Part shown: positions 1 to 15,770 of the stretch, piece after piece
Position numbering within the stretch: position 1 is the stretch's first letter
Layout of the letters: every line of letters starts with the position of its first letter
NCBI RefSeq assembly: GCF_902652985.1
Contig: NC_047019.1
Location: forward strand, 30,938,001 to 31,002,000
Direction of reading: 5' to 3'
From: Pecten maximus
Taxonomy: Eukaryota
Length of the DNA: 64,000 nucleotides
Notes under the pieces: model-generated
What the model saw: only the letters and a program-made list of their open reading frames with translations
Databases searched by the model: none
Told to the model about the DNA's origin: nothing
Made by a program: the position numbers and the translations under genes

Positions 1-2489
1 GACAAATTTGTCAATTGATGCATCGTGATGGAAACACATATAATCCTAATTGCTATGATAATTGGTGTGCTTTATGCTGAAGATTGTGATTAGGTTTTTC
101 CTAATCGAAACATTGATTGTAGACTCCCTTTGACAAGTGTTGTGTGTAGAGCTATCTTCAGGCCATTACCCTGGTGTAAGACTATACACCAGCCAACTAT
201 ATATCCTACATGTAGCCATAGGTCAATATACACAGCGATACATGTATGTGGGGCATCTGTACTGTAGCTTTTCTTCAGATTTGTTTAAAAGGTCTACTTT
301 TTCTGTTGAGAGCTTTCCCTGTACTGTTTATGCTATATTTGTTTCAGTATTGCCATGAATATATATAAATATGCATGGTTGGAACTAGAATTTGGGGTCA
401 GTGCTGGAAAAATACTGGAATTTGCTCACACATGCTTGAAATGTACTGGAATTGATACTTATATTTACTACTGTAGCTGTAAAATGCATTTTTTTTCAGT
501 TTCATTAGATTCCTCAAATGTGACATTCATCAAAAGAAAATTATAAAAAATACAACTACATGTCTTTTATTTGATGAAGATTGTAAAAAATGGATTTCCA
601 AATCAAATTCTTTGACACTGTGCAATTCAACGGTAGAGGAAAAAATAGTGAGCAATAAAATTTGATGATAATGTTCTTAAACACCATAAAGATGAACAAA
701 ATATGGCCTCAATTCCTTACCTTGAAAATTGTGGGGGAAAAAACGCATGAAAAGTGCTTGAATTATTGTGTAAAAAATCTTTAAAAATCATGATTGATGT
801 ACATGTATATACATGAATATGACATATTCTATAGTCACAACACAAAATAAGAAAAAGGCCTACGTACGGGCAGATGAAATTATATTTCTGTGACACCCAT
901 TTCTTCAACTTTTCTTTTGTAAATTTTGTGATCAGGTTACTAATGTTATATATATTTTTTCAACAGCACTCAGTGGTAGTTATAACTATATAATAATGCT
1001 CTTCAATGAGTGTGACATGGGAATTTTTTGTTGCCTGAAAGTATTTCCTGGTGAGGCTGAGAAGTTCCTGTTGGTGAAAAAAGTGGCTATCAGCAGTGAC
1101 AAGATTATGTAACTTGGGTACATTAATTGTAGGCCTGTGATCATCAATACATTGTACATAATCATTTTTCCTATGCTTATGTAAATTAAAGTAGAGTTCC
1201 ATTTATAATTGAAACAATTTATATAGAAAAAATTCATCCAGAAGGATAAATACACAAGTCCGATGACATTCTCATGATCAAGCTCTAGTTCTGTGCTCCT
1301 GAGGATAGGTAGGGGTTGACTTTAGTGGGGGTGTCGGAAATCTTTTTAATATGTCATATGAAAATGTTTGTGGGTGAAAGTGTCCTAGGCCAAGTTAAGC
1401 GCCATCATGCATCAGTCATGGGTGAGAGTAGAGGAGAGAAACACAAGAGAGAGAGACCGTAGGAGAGACTTTTTGGAGAAAATGAACAGAGATCAGAAGA
1501 CGTGACACATCAAAACATTATATTGGATTTTGCACTGAAAATAACCAAAATATGGGAAAACCAAAAAGGACTTGTCTTACAGCAATAACAGTCCAGTGAG
1601 AAAATCAATGTTCACTACACAACATATGATATTATGATGTGGGAAATATTGCAATTGAAAAACAGAAATTGGAGCAAAGCATAATCAGAAGGATCAACAG
1701 AAGCGGGTCCAAAATGTTCTTCAAAAACCATTACATATATAACTTCTGACCATCTACATCTCTGTTACTCATGGTCAGGTTTTGTTGTTTGTTGCATAAA
1801 ATTGTGAAGTGTTAACATATATGCATCTATATCGAATTTTTAAACTATGGAAATTTAACGTGAAAGCTGGACCCTAGCCTATGACCACTTATTTTCAGGA
1901 AAGCCATTCAAATTAGCAGCCAAACTCTGACCAACACTTATATGATATTAAATTAATTAAGGGCAGTGCGCTTATATAGCTACTTGAAGGCTGCTTCGAT
2001 TCGATAGTGCCATTTTATTCACGTAGTGTGCATGTAATGTCATGTCACAGGCACATCAACATGACATCTCACCTGTCTCTTACACAGTATATATACTGAC
2101 AGTGACATTGGCATACACAGTTGTTACGCAAAGAGAAAATATTCAAAAGTTTGATTAACTTGTCATGACAAGTAGCCAATACTTTCGTCAGATTATATAT
2201 TATATACAGGTATAAGATATAGTATTAGATAGTAGCTATATGTCAAATCAGAAACGTAAAGCCTTTAGAATATTAAATGAAGCCATCATCTGAAGAGAAC
2301 AGCAGTCAAAAAACAAGTTACACAGTACAGAATTAGATGTCTCATTATTGATTTTGAGTGGTGGCTGGCTACTATATGTAAGAGTAGGTATATGTACAAC
2401 AGAAATGCTGACACTTGTTTGAAAGAACGACTTATGTCTTCATCCCGAGGGTTCTATACTCGTAGGCCTCTTCTTGTTGCAGTTAGATA

Positions 2490-2602
2490 CACTCTAGCTG
2501 GCAGACTCTCTTTCCTGTTTCATCATGTTGCAATTGGTGGCAATACCCTAGCTGGCAGACTCTCTTTCCTGTTTCATCATGTTGCAATTGGTGGCCATAC
2601 CC
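2490..2602. repeat. 54-bp tandem duplication in the FoxO intron
   Basis: CTAGCTGGCAGACTCTCTTTCCTGTTTCATCATGTTGCAATTGGTGGC at 2494 and 2548. Confidence 0.85.
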
Positions 2603-3253
2603 TGCTTGACTTGGAGCAAGGGTTCTAATTTATACATGTGTTAAATTTAATGTGTAGAAAATATTCAAGTGTCCCTTACCTAGCTAGCTATAGGAACTCT
2701 TGAGATTATGCACATGAATATCATTGCTACAGAATGACATAGTTGGATCCCTTCTTCAGAAAATTTGATGAGCTGATCTTTGCTGAAAATAGAATGCAGC
2801 AGCACTACTGTATATGTATCAATCGAGTGTCCTCCTTCCCCAAGGTGCTTTAAAAAATTATAAACCTATTGCAAGTGGTACTAGTCTGATCTTCCAGTGG
2901 GAATTCTATATATAGATGTCTCACCCTGGATAGGCTGCCACTATAATTAGACAGACCAAGTGTGCCCCTTTCACTGGAGATGAGATCTCAACCTCTCCAG
3001 GGTGTTCAAGATATAGGCAGAACACATTTTCCAACCGTCCCCTCCCATCAATTATACATGGGAAAATGTAATTACTACTATTGGTTATACCCATTTCCTG
3101 AGAGTAATGTACTTCCTACTGACAATATTGATCACTGGTCAGCCGAGGAGTCCAGTAGGAGGGTAACACTGAGGGCTTTATATACAAATACTTGTCAATT
3201 TTCATTGCTTTAACAATGACTACATTAAAAATACTGTATACATAAAACCAATT

Positions 3254-3344
3254 GTAGGCAATAGTATGTAGGATATATATACTATAAATTACCTGGGAAC
3301 GTAGGCAATAGTATGTAGGATATATATACTATAAATTACCTGGG
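3254..3344. repeat. 47-bp tandem duplication in the FoxO intron
   Basis: GTAGGCAATAGTATGTAGGATATATATACTATAAATTACCTGGG at 3254 and 3301. Confidence 0.85.
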
Positions 3345-5850
3345 TTCTCGATTTACTTCTTTTCTTTCTGATTTTATAACATGTACACATTGTACAAAGT
3401 TAATGATGTGTACTATAAAGTATAAAAGGTCATTTAATTTGACGCATACCTTTTTTAAATATCACAAATTAAAGTTCTAATGTCTGTAGTAATGTCATTG
3501 ATTTACAATGGCTTCAAATCTATTAGACCTTTTTAGATGAGTTCGCTTATAGTTCTTGTTGAAATAAATTAGTATGTTAGGTATAAGCCTTCAATCATAG
3601 TGAACCAGCTTAGTTCTTGTTGAAATAAATTAGTATGCTTCAATCATAGTGAACCAATCATGTCAATGAAGATAACTTGAGAGTATTTAAAATGTAGATT
3701 GGTGTATATGAGCACTCATGCATATAAATGTGTGAGTTTCTAAGGAAACGTTGAGTTTTGATAGAAGATTTGCTTTATCATTAGGTAGAACCAAAATGGA
3801 TTCCAATGTTTATTAGCTGCTGATGAGAACCTGTCGCAGATCTTGTAGATGCCTCTACTTGTATATCTACCTGTACTGGTGGATACACATATATTCATCA
3901 CATTTCTTATCTTTCTAATCTGTAGCTTTAAACCATTGATCATTACTATATAAGTAGCTGTCAGTCTAGAAATTGCAATTAAATTACACATATCGACTTA
4001 ATCCCTTGGTTAAGTGTTTTCAATTTGAGCTTGTAGTGTTTATACATGATATGTATAAACCTTTGGGCAGAACCAATATGTGCAGTTATAATTACAGAGC
4101 TGATGCATTGTGTACCGTCTTCACAGTCTATCCAGTCGTATAAAAGTGTACTAGATATTTACCGTACTGGTCAATGTGATCAGTACACATGATCACATGC
4201 CATGAAGCAGGGTATATACTGGCACAATTAACATTGGCCAATTGCAATGATAAGGTATGTTTTGTCTACTAGATATCACACATGTTCAGGGAATGAGAGG
4301 CTAAGAGGCCAAGGGTAGGTAGAATGTGTATGTAAATATATCATCACAGATCATATATACATGTACTTCTGATCTCCACAATCAAAGACTAGCCACTGTA
4401 CATAGGGCACTGTCCGGTCACTGACCATGCATGGTTCATGTATGTGATATGTGCAGTATTAAAGTTACAGATTAGGTAGACATTCTTGATACATACACAT
4501 GTACTGTATTTTACATGTGGTGATTATAATGATGAAACATGAGCTTCACACTCCTGCTGGCAAGTACTGTATGCTGTCTTATAGGGACAATGGTCTGGTG
4601 TGATCATGGATGTCACATGTCTACATTTTTACTGTCTGTATTTGCCAGTTGTCAGATTTGACAGCGAGCACAATGCCCTGAGCACACAATGGCCACCACC
4701 ACCACCTTATCAGAGGGAGGCCCTCTATCGGTAATGTTATTACTTGGTATTGGTGGTGGTGGATTGAGCAGGAGCCAGATCTTATAAATAGCTTCCTGAG
4801 ATAAGGTTTGAAGTGATGACCTAGCATAGTGAACTTTCTGCTAGAGTGAAGGTTACAAATCTTGAGGCAATAGAAGTTTACCTATATATATACTTACACT
4901 GTACATGTGGGTACCTATAGTGTATTCACATAATTACAGGTCATGGAAGCCAGACTTCATAGCCTGTATATATACACCTACCTGTTTGGTAACCGAAGGT
5001 GTGTATATATATACCAGCAGTAGATATATATTATATATAGTATCATATATGTTTTAAGTACAAACTTACACTGTCAAATCTGTATTAGAAAATCTCCTTT
5101 GGGAAGGCCCTTGCACAGGTAACAGGATCATTTATCAATTCACAATTAAATTAATACATTTATAGGAGATATTAACAGTAGATTGTCTCTTAATTGAGTT
5201 GGTCATATGAGCAATTTTGGCTGCTTGTATTATATTCTAGACCATTGTAAACTGGATGTGGAAGTATAATGTATAGGTACATGTATACAGATCTAGTCTA
5301 CATCATTATGTGTACTTTTACAGAATCATGATAAAAAATTTGAAATATTGCAATTGTACGTAATCATTGATACTAGTATAGGTGATATTTATATGCCAAC
5401 CATGTGTGTTAGTTTACCAAAAGAATTGCCAACTTCAGAACTTGAATAAAATTGGTCGAAAAAAAAAAAAATCCCTTAAAGAATCGAACTTAAAGGGATA
5501 TAACAAAACAAAATCTCAACCCTTTATGTGTAAATTCTTGAATGTCAAACTCGAAGCAGAGTCTTGGGTTGCACAATCAAGGACATCACAAGTGCTGATG
5601 AGATTTCTTTGTTACATCTTCAAGGTAGAGAATGATACTACTGATAAGAAACAAAAAGATCACATGAAGCTTACAGAGAATTTATGATGATATTGTGATG
5701 GTGGAAACCAACATCATTTTGAATATCATTTTAAATTTCTGGTATAACTGTATTTTGGTCTTCATAAAATATTATTTAATTCAATGATTAAAGTTGAAAA
5801 AGAAAATATTTCTACTTCTTTTGTTAAACTATGTTTTTTTCTCATTTCAG

Positions 5851-7476
5851 AATTCCATACGACACAACTTGTCCTTGCACAGTCGGTTTATGAGGATTCA
5901 AAATGAAGGCACAGGCAAGAGTTCATGGTGGGTCATCAATCCTGATGCCAAACCCGGTAAAACACCACGTAGACGTGCTGGTAGCATGGAAACAAAAAGT
6001 TACGAGAAACGACGGGGACGAGTGAAGAAGAAAGTGGAAGCTTTACGTGCAGCTCTAGAGAATAACAACAGTCCATCGTCCACTACGGACGACTATCTTA
6101 CAGACTCTCCGCTGGGATTCCAGCTCAGTCCAGAGTTCCGTCAGAGGACAAGTTCAAATGCCAGTAGTTGTGGCCGCCTCTCCCCCATACAGGCTGGAAT
6201 TGAGCCTGATCTCCATGACAACCAGGTACCACCTATGTCACCTATCCCATGGGGAAGTGAGGAGGGTACTGTGCCTAGTTATGACCAGCTTGGACAGTAT
6301 GATCAGCTGGTAGACACTCTAGTTGACAGCATGAAGCTGGGGGAGAGTGGCCTCAGTCTAAGTATTGACAATGGTGGAGGACTGGGGGGCCTGGAAGGTG
6401 ATATAGAAATGCTGACAGAGTCCAGTTTACAACAACAGCTCATGCCTCCCAGTGACAATATAAATCTGTCCCAGTATAGTGATCAAAGTGCCAACTATGA
6501 TGATGCTCAGTACAGGAACATGCCTGCCCCACCCCCATACAGGGACGCCATGCGCCGCAGCCCCCAACAGCAGGGTGTGGACCAGCTCCCACAAAATGGC
6601 AACTTTTCAGATCTGGGTATTTCCCAGCAGAATACCCTCAGGATGTATGGACAGACAACAGATACAGGTCTGTTTACAGGTGACATGTTGCTGCAACAGG
6701 CCCGTATTAGCCCCAGCTCCAGTCAGCTCAGTGTAAACACTCAACAGCAACAGTTGTCCTCCCCTGCCAGATCTCCTCAAGGTTGCCAGCAGATCAGCCC
6801 CTCCCAGTTTGATAGTCGGGTGGGGTTCTCTCCTTCCCCTCAAGGCAAGCAACTTTCCCCTCAGCTCACCAGTCGCCAGCAGCACTCAATCCTGCAGCAA
6901 TGTCTGGAGGCGCCTTCAGACTCACTGTTGAGGGCAGCCCTCACACAAAACTCTGGTCTGACTCAGCAGAAAACACTCCCCTACCCACAGATGTCCATGT
7001 CCTCTGCACCCTCCACACAGCCACAGTACAATGTTCGTTATGGTAACACACAGCTCAATATGAGGCCACAACAACCTGCTCCGGGTCTTAATGGAATCAA
7101 CAATAATGTTGCCTCCACAATGCACCAACAACAACAACAAACACAACAGCAGCAGCAGCAAATGGGTCATGGTCTGTTGGGTAATATTGGGAGTGTTCCT
7201 CGTCAGTCTTCTGACAGTCCTCAACTTGTGCTTTCCTCATCCAACAGACAGAACATATCACCTCAGGATCAGGGGTTGGGTAATATGCCTCCCACTGCTC
7301 CCAGCTCAAATTCTCTTAATGAAATTGATGCTGATTTCTTTGATTTGGGATGTGACATGGAACAGGTGCTCCAACATGAACTCAGTCTTGAAGGCAATTT
7401 AGATTTCAACTTTGATACAGTAAATAACAGCTCCTCAACGTCTTCTGGAACAGACACTCAGAATTTGGTACGATAA
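5851..7476 (+). CDS. FoxO: Forkhead box O transcription factor, terminal coding exon (upstream exon(s) outside the window)
   Basis: Acceptor ttttttctcatttcAG ends at 5850. The exon opens [27 protein letters not shown] (C-terminal half of the FoxO forkhead domain, at the conserved intron position). Akt motifs RRRAGS and [15 protein letters not shown], and the C-terminal CR3 motif [22 protein letters not shown], are present. The first 19 aa of the ORF-track call are intronic. Confidence 0.96.
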   Translation, partial: NSIRHNLSLHSRFMRIQNEGTGKSSWWVINPDAKPGKTPRRRAGSMETKSYEKRRGRVKKKVEALRAALENNNSPSSTTDDYLTDSPLGFQLSPEFRQRTSSNASSCGRLSPIQAGIEPDLHDNQVPPMSPIPWGSEEGTVPSYDQLGQYDQLVDTLVDSMKLGESGLSLSIDNGGGLGGLEGDIEMLTESSLQQQLMPPSDNINLSQYSDQSANYDDAQYRNMPAPPPYRDAMRRSPQQQGVDQLPQNGNFSDLGISQQNTLRMYGQTTDTGLFTGDMLLQQARISPSSSQLSVNTQQQQLSSPARSPQGCQQISPSQFDSRVGFSPSPQGKQLSPQLTSRQQHSILQQCLEAPSDSLLRAALTQNSGLTQQKTLPYPQMSMSSAPSTQPQYNVRYGNTQLNMRPQQPAPGLNGINNNVASTMHQQQQQTQQQQQQMGHGLLGNIGSVPRQSSDSPQLVLSSSNRQNISPQDQGLGNMPPTAPSSNSLNEIDADFFDLGCDMEQVLQHELSLEGNLDFNFDTVNNSSSTSSGTDTQNLVR

Positions 7477-8594
7477 TGATGGTTGATGTTTAGAACTTCT
7501 ATAATTAGTGGTTCGTCAATTGAGGGCCAAAGAAGTCCATACACACCTTTGTATGTGATAATGGCTCTCTCCTGGCGGGTCTCAAGTGTTGTGCTTTAGG
7601 ACTCTGTACCAAGGGAGCCTTACTGTGTGAAACTCCCCAAGCGGGCCAGTCCTATTATTGGTTGGGCTATTCTGCCGTAATCAACCGACAAATCTGTCTT
7701 AGTTCAGCCTTTGCCTAAGCTGGAAGTACTATGTAGTACTCCATGCAACAAATAGAATGAGTGTACATATACATACAAAGAAGGGCTGAATTAACATGTT
7801 TCACTATATACAATTGTGTTGTATGGAGGAAAAACAAAGTGACCTCATCAACATTTTGATCGCCAACAGTTGTCTCCCCTGCAATCCACGAAGACAATAT
7901 CAGTGTTAGGAGGATGTGTTACATTGAAAAAAATGGGGTGTTGTGAAGAGGGGTGCTTATTGTCAATACATACTGTATGATATAGTATGTCAGTGTAAGT
8001 CTAGAACTGCACTCCCTTATTGGAATTGCTGCATTGTAAGAATTTAAGCTCTGGTATGAACCCAAATTTGTGTGTTACATAATGTAATATATCATATATA
8101 TTTTCTCTTGCATATGGAAAAATACATGATTACAATTAAATACACACTTCCATTGCATTTTAATTTATTGACCTATGCTCCAACAGTGTAATGTTATACT
8201 GTTTTATAGCCATCAGACATTTGGGTGTCTTAAATTTTCATTAAATTATGTTGTTCAACGAAGTAGATTTATTTTTAAGTTGTAGACTAAGACTACCATA
8301 TCATGTAAACTCTGTAAATAAGTATACATGTATGGTGTTTATCAATGCAGCACAGCCAGAACATATATGTCTAATAAGGTCTTTACCTCCAGTATTTTTG
8401 AGGTTGCAGCATAGATCTTTGTTTCTGTGAAAAAGTTGCAATAAAACTTTAGGCTCCAACACAGGGAGTCAGAGTCTTACCTTCAAAATTTACATATTTC
8501 TTGGCTTCAACACACAGTCTTGGTTTCAACTTTTACTATAGTCACAGTACATTCAATGTAAAGACAATTTTCACCTCTTAATGCCAAGTACATA

Positions 8595-9245
8595 TCATCC
8601 CCAGGGACGGGTAAAACAGCACTATCACATATACCAGTACATGTCGCCCCTGGGGAGGGTAGAATGACCTTATCACAGTCTGGTACATGTCACCCTGTCG
8701 CCCTCCGGGGAGGGTAGAACAACACTATCACAGACTGGTACATGTCATCCTGTCGCCCTCCGGGAAGGGTAGAACAACACTATCACAGACTGTTACTTGT
8801 CACCCCTGGGGGAGGGTAGAAAAACAACATCACAGACGGTTACGTGTCACCCCTGGGGAGGGTAGAACAACACTATCACAGACTGTTACATGTCACCCTG
8901 GGGGAGGATAAAACAACATTATCACAGACCGTTACGTGTCGCCCCGGGGGAGGGTAAAACAACACTATCACAGACTGCTACGTGTCGCCCCGGGGGAGGG
9001 TAAAACAACATTATCACAGACCTGTACGTGTCGCCCCGGGGGAGGGTAAAACAACACTATCACAGACTGCTACGTGTCGCCCCGGGGGAGGGTAAAACAA
9101 CACTATCACAGACTGTTACTTGTCGCCCCGGGGGAGGGTAAAACAACACTATCACAGACTGTTTCGTGTCACCACGGGGGAGGGTAACACAACATTATCA
9201 CAGACCTGTACGTGTCGCCCCGGGGGAGGGTAGAACAACACTGAC
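8595..9245. repeat. 46-bp minisatellite (about 13 copies)
   Basis: Unit GTCGCCCCGGGGGAGGGTAAAACAACACTATCACAGACTGTTACGT. Confidence 0.92.
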
Positions 9246-11959
9246 ATTACAATGCTATAACACTGGTTCACCTGCAGTTCTTTATCAAATATGTTTGCAT
9301 AACATGTGGCTTTCAAGAAAAGTATCAATTTCAAAACTTATTTTTTACATCTAGCAATCATCTTCATCGAAATTGACTGCTTGAGTGTATTTTGTGTACA
9401 TGTGAAATGTGTTCACATTTTTTAGATCATGCTTATAAAAGTATGTTAAGTTGTATTTTGTCAGATTCATATTAAAGTTTTCATAATACTTGTAGATATA
9501 AATAAATATATATATATGTATACAACTAACATAATTATGACAGTTAAGTGATGTTAGCAATTGTATCTTGTCTCAGATTTCGTGCTAGGTGTGTGTGATG
9601 TGTGCTTGCGAAGTGCTCGAGTTTAAACTTATAAATGTAACACATTTTAACTACCTGAAAAAGATAAGAAGGCAGTAAGAATTGATGAACCAGGCAGGGT
9701 TTGCTTTGAATTATATTGGGTCATTTTGTTACTTAAAAATTATTTTGAATTTCATTGCAATAGATATTAGTGAATCTGATCATGAAGGTTATAGCATGTC
9801 CAGTAATCTATAACATATCCTGTACCTGTAGTAGGGGTTAGAGATATCACTTGATTATACTTTAAGGACTAGAAAGATCACTAAGCATTACTTTTATCAA
9901 TGGCCTTCATTTTTCCAAATATCAATAAAGGTATTTTCTTTACAAATTTTAATTTCTGCAGACTTAATGATTTGGTTTGAAGAGCAATTTTTCCTCTTTT
10001 GATGTTTGAATATTATATGCCATGGAAGACAAAATCAACTACTACACTAAGGGTTAACATAGGATGAGTTCTCTGGAGACAAAGAGACTGCATGCAGCCA
10101 ATACCACTGGTATGGCTATATGGCAGGGTCAAAGTTCACACCAGCTGGTTAGCTGCTCTAGTTAGTGGTTTTACATAGGCCCTATTGTCTGCTTCTCAAG
10201 CAACATGTTACTATTTATAAGTCATCAATACTAAATGCTGCATACAAAACTAGCTGTAAGTATATTTACATGACAATAGACATGGTAGTAGTCTGTGGTG
10301 TCTATATATAAAATCCTATTGATTTTTTCTGCTATGGGTATAGCTAGGCCTGTCTGAGGTCACTTTATCAATGTACTTTGAAATGTTCCATCATTTCTCA
10401 GTATGTACATTTTATTGAAAAAAAAACCCAGATGTAGGCATGTTTTTATAAGGTTAATCATAAAACAACTTACTTTCTGATATTTCTATTACCACGTAAT
10501 GTATTTAAACTGTATTAGACCTAATAAGTGCCCCCCACTTTTTTCAGTGGGCACTAAACCTGTTACTAAGGATGGGAGATACATAAAACGTTTCTTACCT
10601 CAAGACTTCTGTTTTGTCAATTTTTGCTACATAAAGGTATGAAAATGAAAAAAAAAAGTAATTTTTCCACCCAGATTTCACATGGAAACATTTTCCAGTA
10701 TATGATTTTATTAAGCATATCATTTTTGTGTTTTTTTAAGCACACTAGTACACCTTTTAGGTCAAATATGGCTTATATATATACTGAACGAAACTGGAAA
10801 AGACCATTTTTAATTTCTTTTTTATTCTACTGCAGTTTTATTGACATTGGCTCAGGCAGTAGCTACTAGGTAGTTATACTCTTTACTATCCTAGTGTGGT
10901 TCAGACAATATTTCTTGGTTTCCAGAAGGCTTGATGTTACTATGTTATATTCTCTGCTATCCTTGGGTGGTGCAGTCTACTGTCTTGAATGGTAGGGCTA
11001 CACATGCCCCTACCAGATCGGGGACTTGGCCTGCCCCTGCCTGACTTAAAAAGGGGTCTGCGCTAGCACTGCCCTCTATCCAACTGAGGAATAGAGCTGC
11101 CCTCCCCTACCAGACTTCAGGACAGTGCTGCCCCCTGTCTGAGTGACTGGCAGAGAGCAATGATACAGGTGTCCTTTCCACACTGCCATTGATTTTTCTG
11201 AGTAAGTGGAATTCATTAATGTGTGGTGCTGACCTATAAAGGCTAGCCTGCTGCAGATGCTGGCAATGTGCAGGTCACCCAGGGATTCTTAGTATTGATC
11301 AGACTAGCCACAGGCAGTTGTCCATGTAGGGTTCTCCTAAAACTAGTGTTGTAAGCTAATCACATCTCCAAATACTAATGTATATAGGGAGGCTAAAACA
11401 GCTTAAGTAGACCCATCTAATCACCAAGGTTCTCCTTTCACCACAGTCGATCTAAGAGCACTTGTGTAGTGTTTCACTTTAATCGGTATAAATTCTTCTG
11501 TTAACCTGAATACTAGTATATGGTAGTGTGATATTGTCAACAGTCAGTACCGCTGTGCCTTTATGGGTTATCTCAGTAATAGTACCTAAATACACCCAAC
11601 TAGTACTGTAATGTGACACACAAACAACGGACTTTGGTTGTAACCAGTATATATTAACCTTCTGTATATGGTCCAGTCACTGCTGACCCGTAATTACAAT
11701 GTAATAACGGGTGTGTCAATGGTTATCACTGCTATAGGTCATTGTGTCAGATTGGTAGGCTCCTTAAATGGAATGGTTTGGATGAAATGAATTACTAGAC
11801 TAAGAAAGTAAAAATTGTCAAATGTGTTATGGGTTCAGTATTATTTAAGATCTAAAATAGCCATGCAGAAGTTTTCTGCAAGGTCTTTATGCAGCAAACG
11901 CTTGTCATTTTCCTGATTAGGTGTACTTTCAAGGAAGGCAAAGAATGTAAATCAGTTGG

Positions 11960-12268
11960 CTGTGTTTTGATTCCATTTGTATGGCTAAGAAGCAGCTGAC
12001 TGGTTCAATTTCATTTGTATGGCTAAAAACCGGCTGACTGTGGTTCGATTTCATTTGTATGGCTAAGAACCGACTAACTGTGGTTTGATTTCATTTGTAT
12101 GGCTTAGAACCAGTTGACTGTGGTTTGATTTCATTTGTATGGCTAAGAACCAGCTGACTTGTTTGTTTTTATTTGTATGGCTAAGAACCGGCTGACTGTG
12201 GTTTGATTTTGTTTGTATGGCTAAGAACCAGCTGACTGGTTTGATTTCATTTGTATGGCTAAGAACCA
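11960..12268. repeat. 37-40-bp minisatellite (about 8 copies)
   Basis: Unit TGGTTTGATTTCATTTGTATGGCTAAGAACCAGCTGACTG. Confidence 0.9.
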
Positions 12269-15244
12269 CCCAACGGCTAATGATAGATATTAACATGTGT
12301 TGTGTAGAACTGTAATTGCTTTAGAGAGCAACATAGAGGAAGTGCTGAAGCAGTAGCTGGCTGAAGGGAAGCAGGTTCACTTCTAGATAATTGTCCATAA
12401 TTCAGAAATTATAGCATACTTCCTATAGGTAGGGCATTTGGGGACTCATTTCTACACCAAACTGAAAAGTTGATGTTTCCTGGTAATATATACAAAGCTG
12501 GCAACTGCGACAAGATCTTCACTTTAAACACAACCAAACACTTAGCTCATACTATTTCCTTTCATGGACTATTGGTAATGTTTTGTTCAATATCGGCTGA
12601 AAAGTATTTTTTTTTTGCAGTGATGAGAAAAAGTTAAAATTTATACCAAATTTGTTTTCTATGCCCCACAAAGCTGACCAGTTTGAAATGTGTAACAGAA
12701 TGTTTTATTATACACTTAGGGCCTAGGGCAGTACAGGTTAGGGTGAACACCAAACCAAATCATTTTCTCTTTATAAGTAAAAACAGGTACATATCACACT
12801 TGATAAGGAAATGCATACAATTGGTTTAAATTGTCTTGAATTAAACCAGATATTGAACAATTTTACAACTGAGGCATATGGATAAGTAGATCTAGAGGTC
12901 GGCTGTGTGTGTTGAAGTGGTAACATGGTGTACTTATTACCTAGAAAACTGGTGGTGTTAAGAAGAACCGTCAGATTAAGGGTGGTTTCATGTAAATCTT
13001 AAAATCCTGTACAAGCTAGCAGTTTTACTTACCATTGTAACAAATTAGTTTCTTTATATCCATGTACCATGTAGATAGTACCAAATCCATGGAGTAATAA
13101 ATAACATTTTCCTTTTTTTTCACATGGAAATGTTTTTCATATGAGCTCATTTTGGATGATAAGATTTGTGTGATTTTTTGTTTGTTGAACTGCTAACACC
13201 AGGCCTGCCATAGGTTTGTTCTGTTGATGTATATAGGTCATTATCATGAAAATTCGGCAGCTATGTGAAATTACATGACAGTTTGTGTTTTATTTGGGTG
13301 AAACATTTTACATTCAGATCATGTGAAACCAGTAAGATGCACACTTAAATATGGTGACCTGGTTGACTAGATTTAGATTTACCATGAAGGAAAAATGGTT
13401 AAGCTGTTACTTGAAGCTGAAAATTTCATATTGAGCTTTATTTGAAAATATCAGATCTAATCTTTGTTACATTAAATATGTTTCACTCTATGGATGGTTA
13501 CTTTAAATTCAAATTACATGTTTCCTATACCCAAGATGTTGTGGAGATGTTCAATGGTGATTTTCTGAGCACAAATTTGTTCTGTACTGTATGGGTAGAA
13601 AAGACAATAATTCGTGAATGGCAAAAGCAGAAGTGTACTTCATCATTGAGCTTGGCATTCTTGAATATATAAAACACAAGGGCTTCAATGGCTCAGTATT
13701 CTACATGTATCTCCAAGGTCTGTCTCTATGATATGAAAATAGACTGTGGGGTTAGTATTCTGTACCATTCCTCTGTGGCCTACGTTAGATGAAAATATTT
13801 GCACCTGCAGACTGGGAGGAGTTCATTCGGGGAGATACCAGTCATAGTGGCATCTATTTACTGGTTATGTAGGATTTACATAGTAATAATGTGCCGTGTC
13901 CAGTGTCCTGGTTAATGGTAGATGCCAACACTAAATATTCAGGGATCCTCATACCAAACGGTTGTCATTCATTTTGCATGAAATATATTATGAATTTATC
14001 GTATAAGAGGTATGTAATGTATTGGAGTGCTCCGGATGTGATTGTTGTAGTATGGTCAGTATGTATTTGTAATTACTGTTGGGGAGATGCAAGGCTAAAC
14101 TTTATTTATTTATACAACATCAAATGGAGAAATCATACAAAAATTGGCTGTGCAAGCTGAAGAAGAACTACAACATTTGAATACCAGTGAATTAAGTGAC
14201 TAGTACTGTATAGGTACTGGTATGTATTTCCTGAGGAATTATTTCCCTACATTTGTTTTGATATACAATCGTATCAATCAAAGACTACCTTTGTCTGTTA
14301 AACTATGTTTTTGGGATTTTTTTGTGCTTGTAGATAGTATGAGGAATTTTATATATAGTCTTCATTTGTTATCAGCCTGTACATTTCATTGTTTTGCTCA
14401 AACAATCTCATATATAAATGTGGCTTGCTATAGAAATACAAAATTGTTAAATATTTTAGTTTGTTGAATTTAGTGTTTTTCATAGAGCTATATCTTAAGT
14501 GTTATACTTGTATGAAAGATATGTTAAACTCCCTTTACTTATATTTGTGAGTTTGTCAACTCCCTAAACTACTTAGGGTAGCCGTGTGTGTATACATTGT
14601 TTGTGTGAGAGATTGTTAAGACTCTATCTGTTTTATAGGAATTGCATAAATATATTTTGGGGTATTGCCTTTGTTACTTATTTCTCTTGCCCTGTACTGG
14701 TGTATTAATCCAGCATGAGGTATCCTTGTCATACTCAAAGATGAGGAGATTTCCCATAACGTTACAGCAGCACAGCATGTACACTTTGATGACAGGGCCA
14801 GCAGGGTAAGAGAAAATCATTCCCCTCCTTGGGGATGAGAATAGGGATCTCTGCAATCCTTGAGGGAAAGCAAGAGCCGCCAGCTTTGTGTTGGGACAAC
14901 ATACCTACCAAAGGGTTGACATCCCCCATTCTCATCACCAGCCGGGTCAAGATTCTATTGGTCATTTTTTTCATTGTTATGTTTAGTGGTCATTTATTTT
15001 CACTCCACTTTTGACCTCTGGCGGCTGTGTTTTAACAGCTGACGAAAGGAAGTATTAGGCATATTCTGTTAAAATTGTTTGTTGTATTCGAAGAAATGGC
15101 ATATATGTTGCATCAGATTTCTGTTGTAAGTATTTCGTTGATATTGACCAGGCTTAACTTTTGTCATTACTATCAGGGGCCGTTGGTACAGCCAGAGGTC
15201 TATTGCCTTGCTCGGTAAAACATGTTAGAGGTTCATAACCTTAC

Positions 15245-15770
15245 ATGTCTGCTAGATGTACATATCTTGCATGACTGCACATGCTAGAGGTGCATATCTT
15301 ACATGATTGCACATGCTAGAGGTGCATATCTTGCATGACTGCACATGCTAGAGGTGCATATCTTACATGATTGCACATGCTAGAGGTGCATATCTTGCAT
15401 GATTGCACATGCTAGAGGTGCATATCTTGCATGATTGCACATGCTAGAGGTGCATATCTTGCATGACTGCACATGCTAGAGGTGCATATCTTGCATGACT
15501 GCACATGCTAGAGGTACATATCTTGCATGACTGCACATGCTAGAGGTGCATATCTTGCATGACTGCACATACTAGAGGTGCATATCTTACATGATTGCAC
15601 ATGCTAGAGGTGCATATCTTGCATGATTGCACATGCTAGAGGTGCATATCTTGCATGATTGCACATGCTAGAGGTGCATATCTTGCATGACTGCACATGC
15701 TAGAGGTACATATCTTGCATGATTGCACATGCTAGCGGTTCATATCTTGCATGACTGCACATGTTTGATG
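15245..15770. repeat. 32-bp minisatellite (about 16 copies)
   Basis: Unit GCACATGCTAGAGGTGCATATCTTGCATGA(C/T)T. Confidence 0.93.

Noticed and set aside
6479-7457. Overlapping and antisense ORFs within FoxO (likewise within the Polinton genes)
   Set aside because: They are shadow ORFs of real coding sequence with no motifs of their own.
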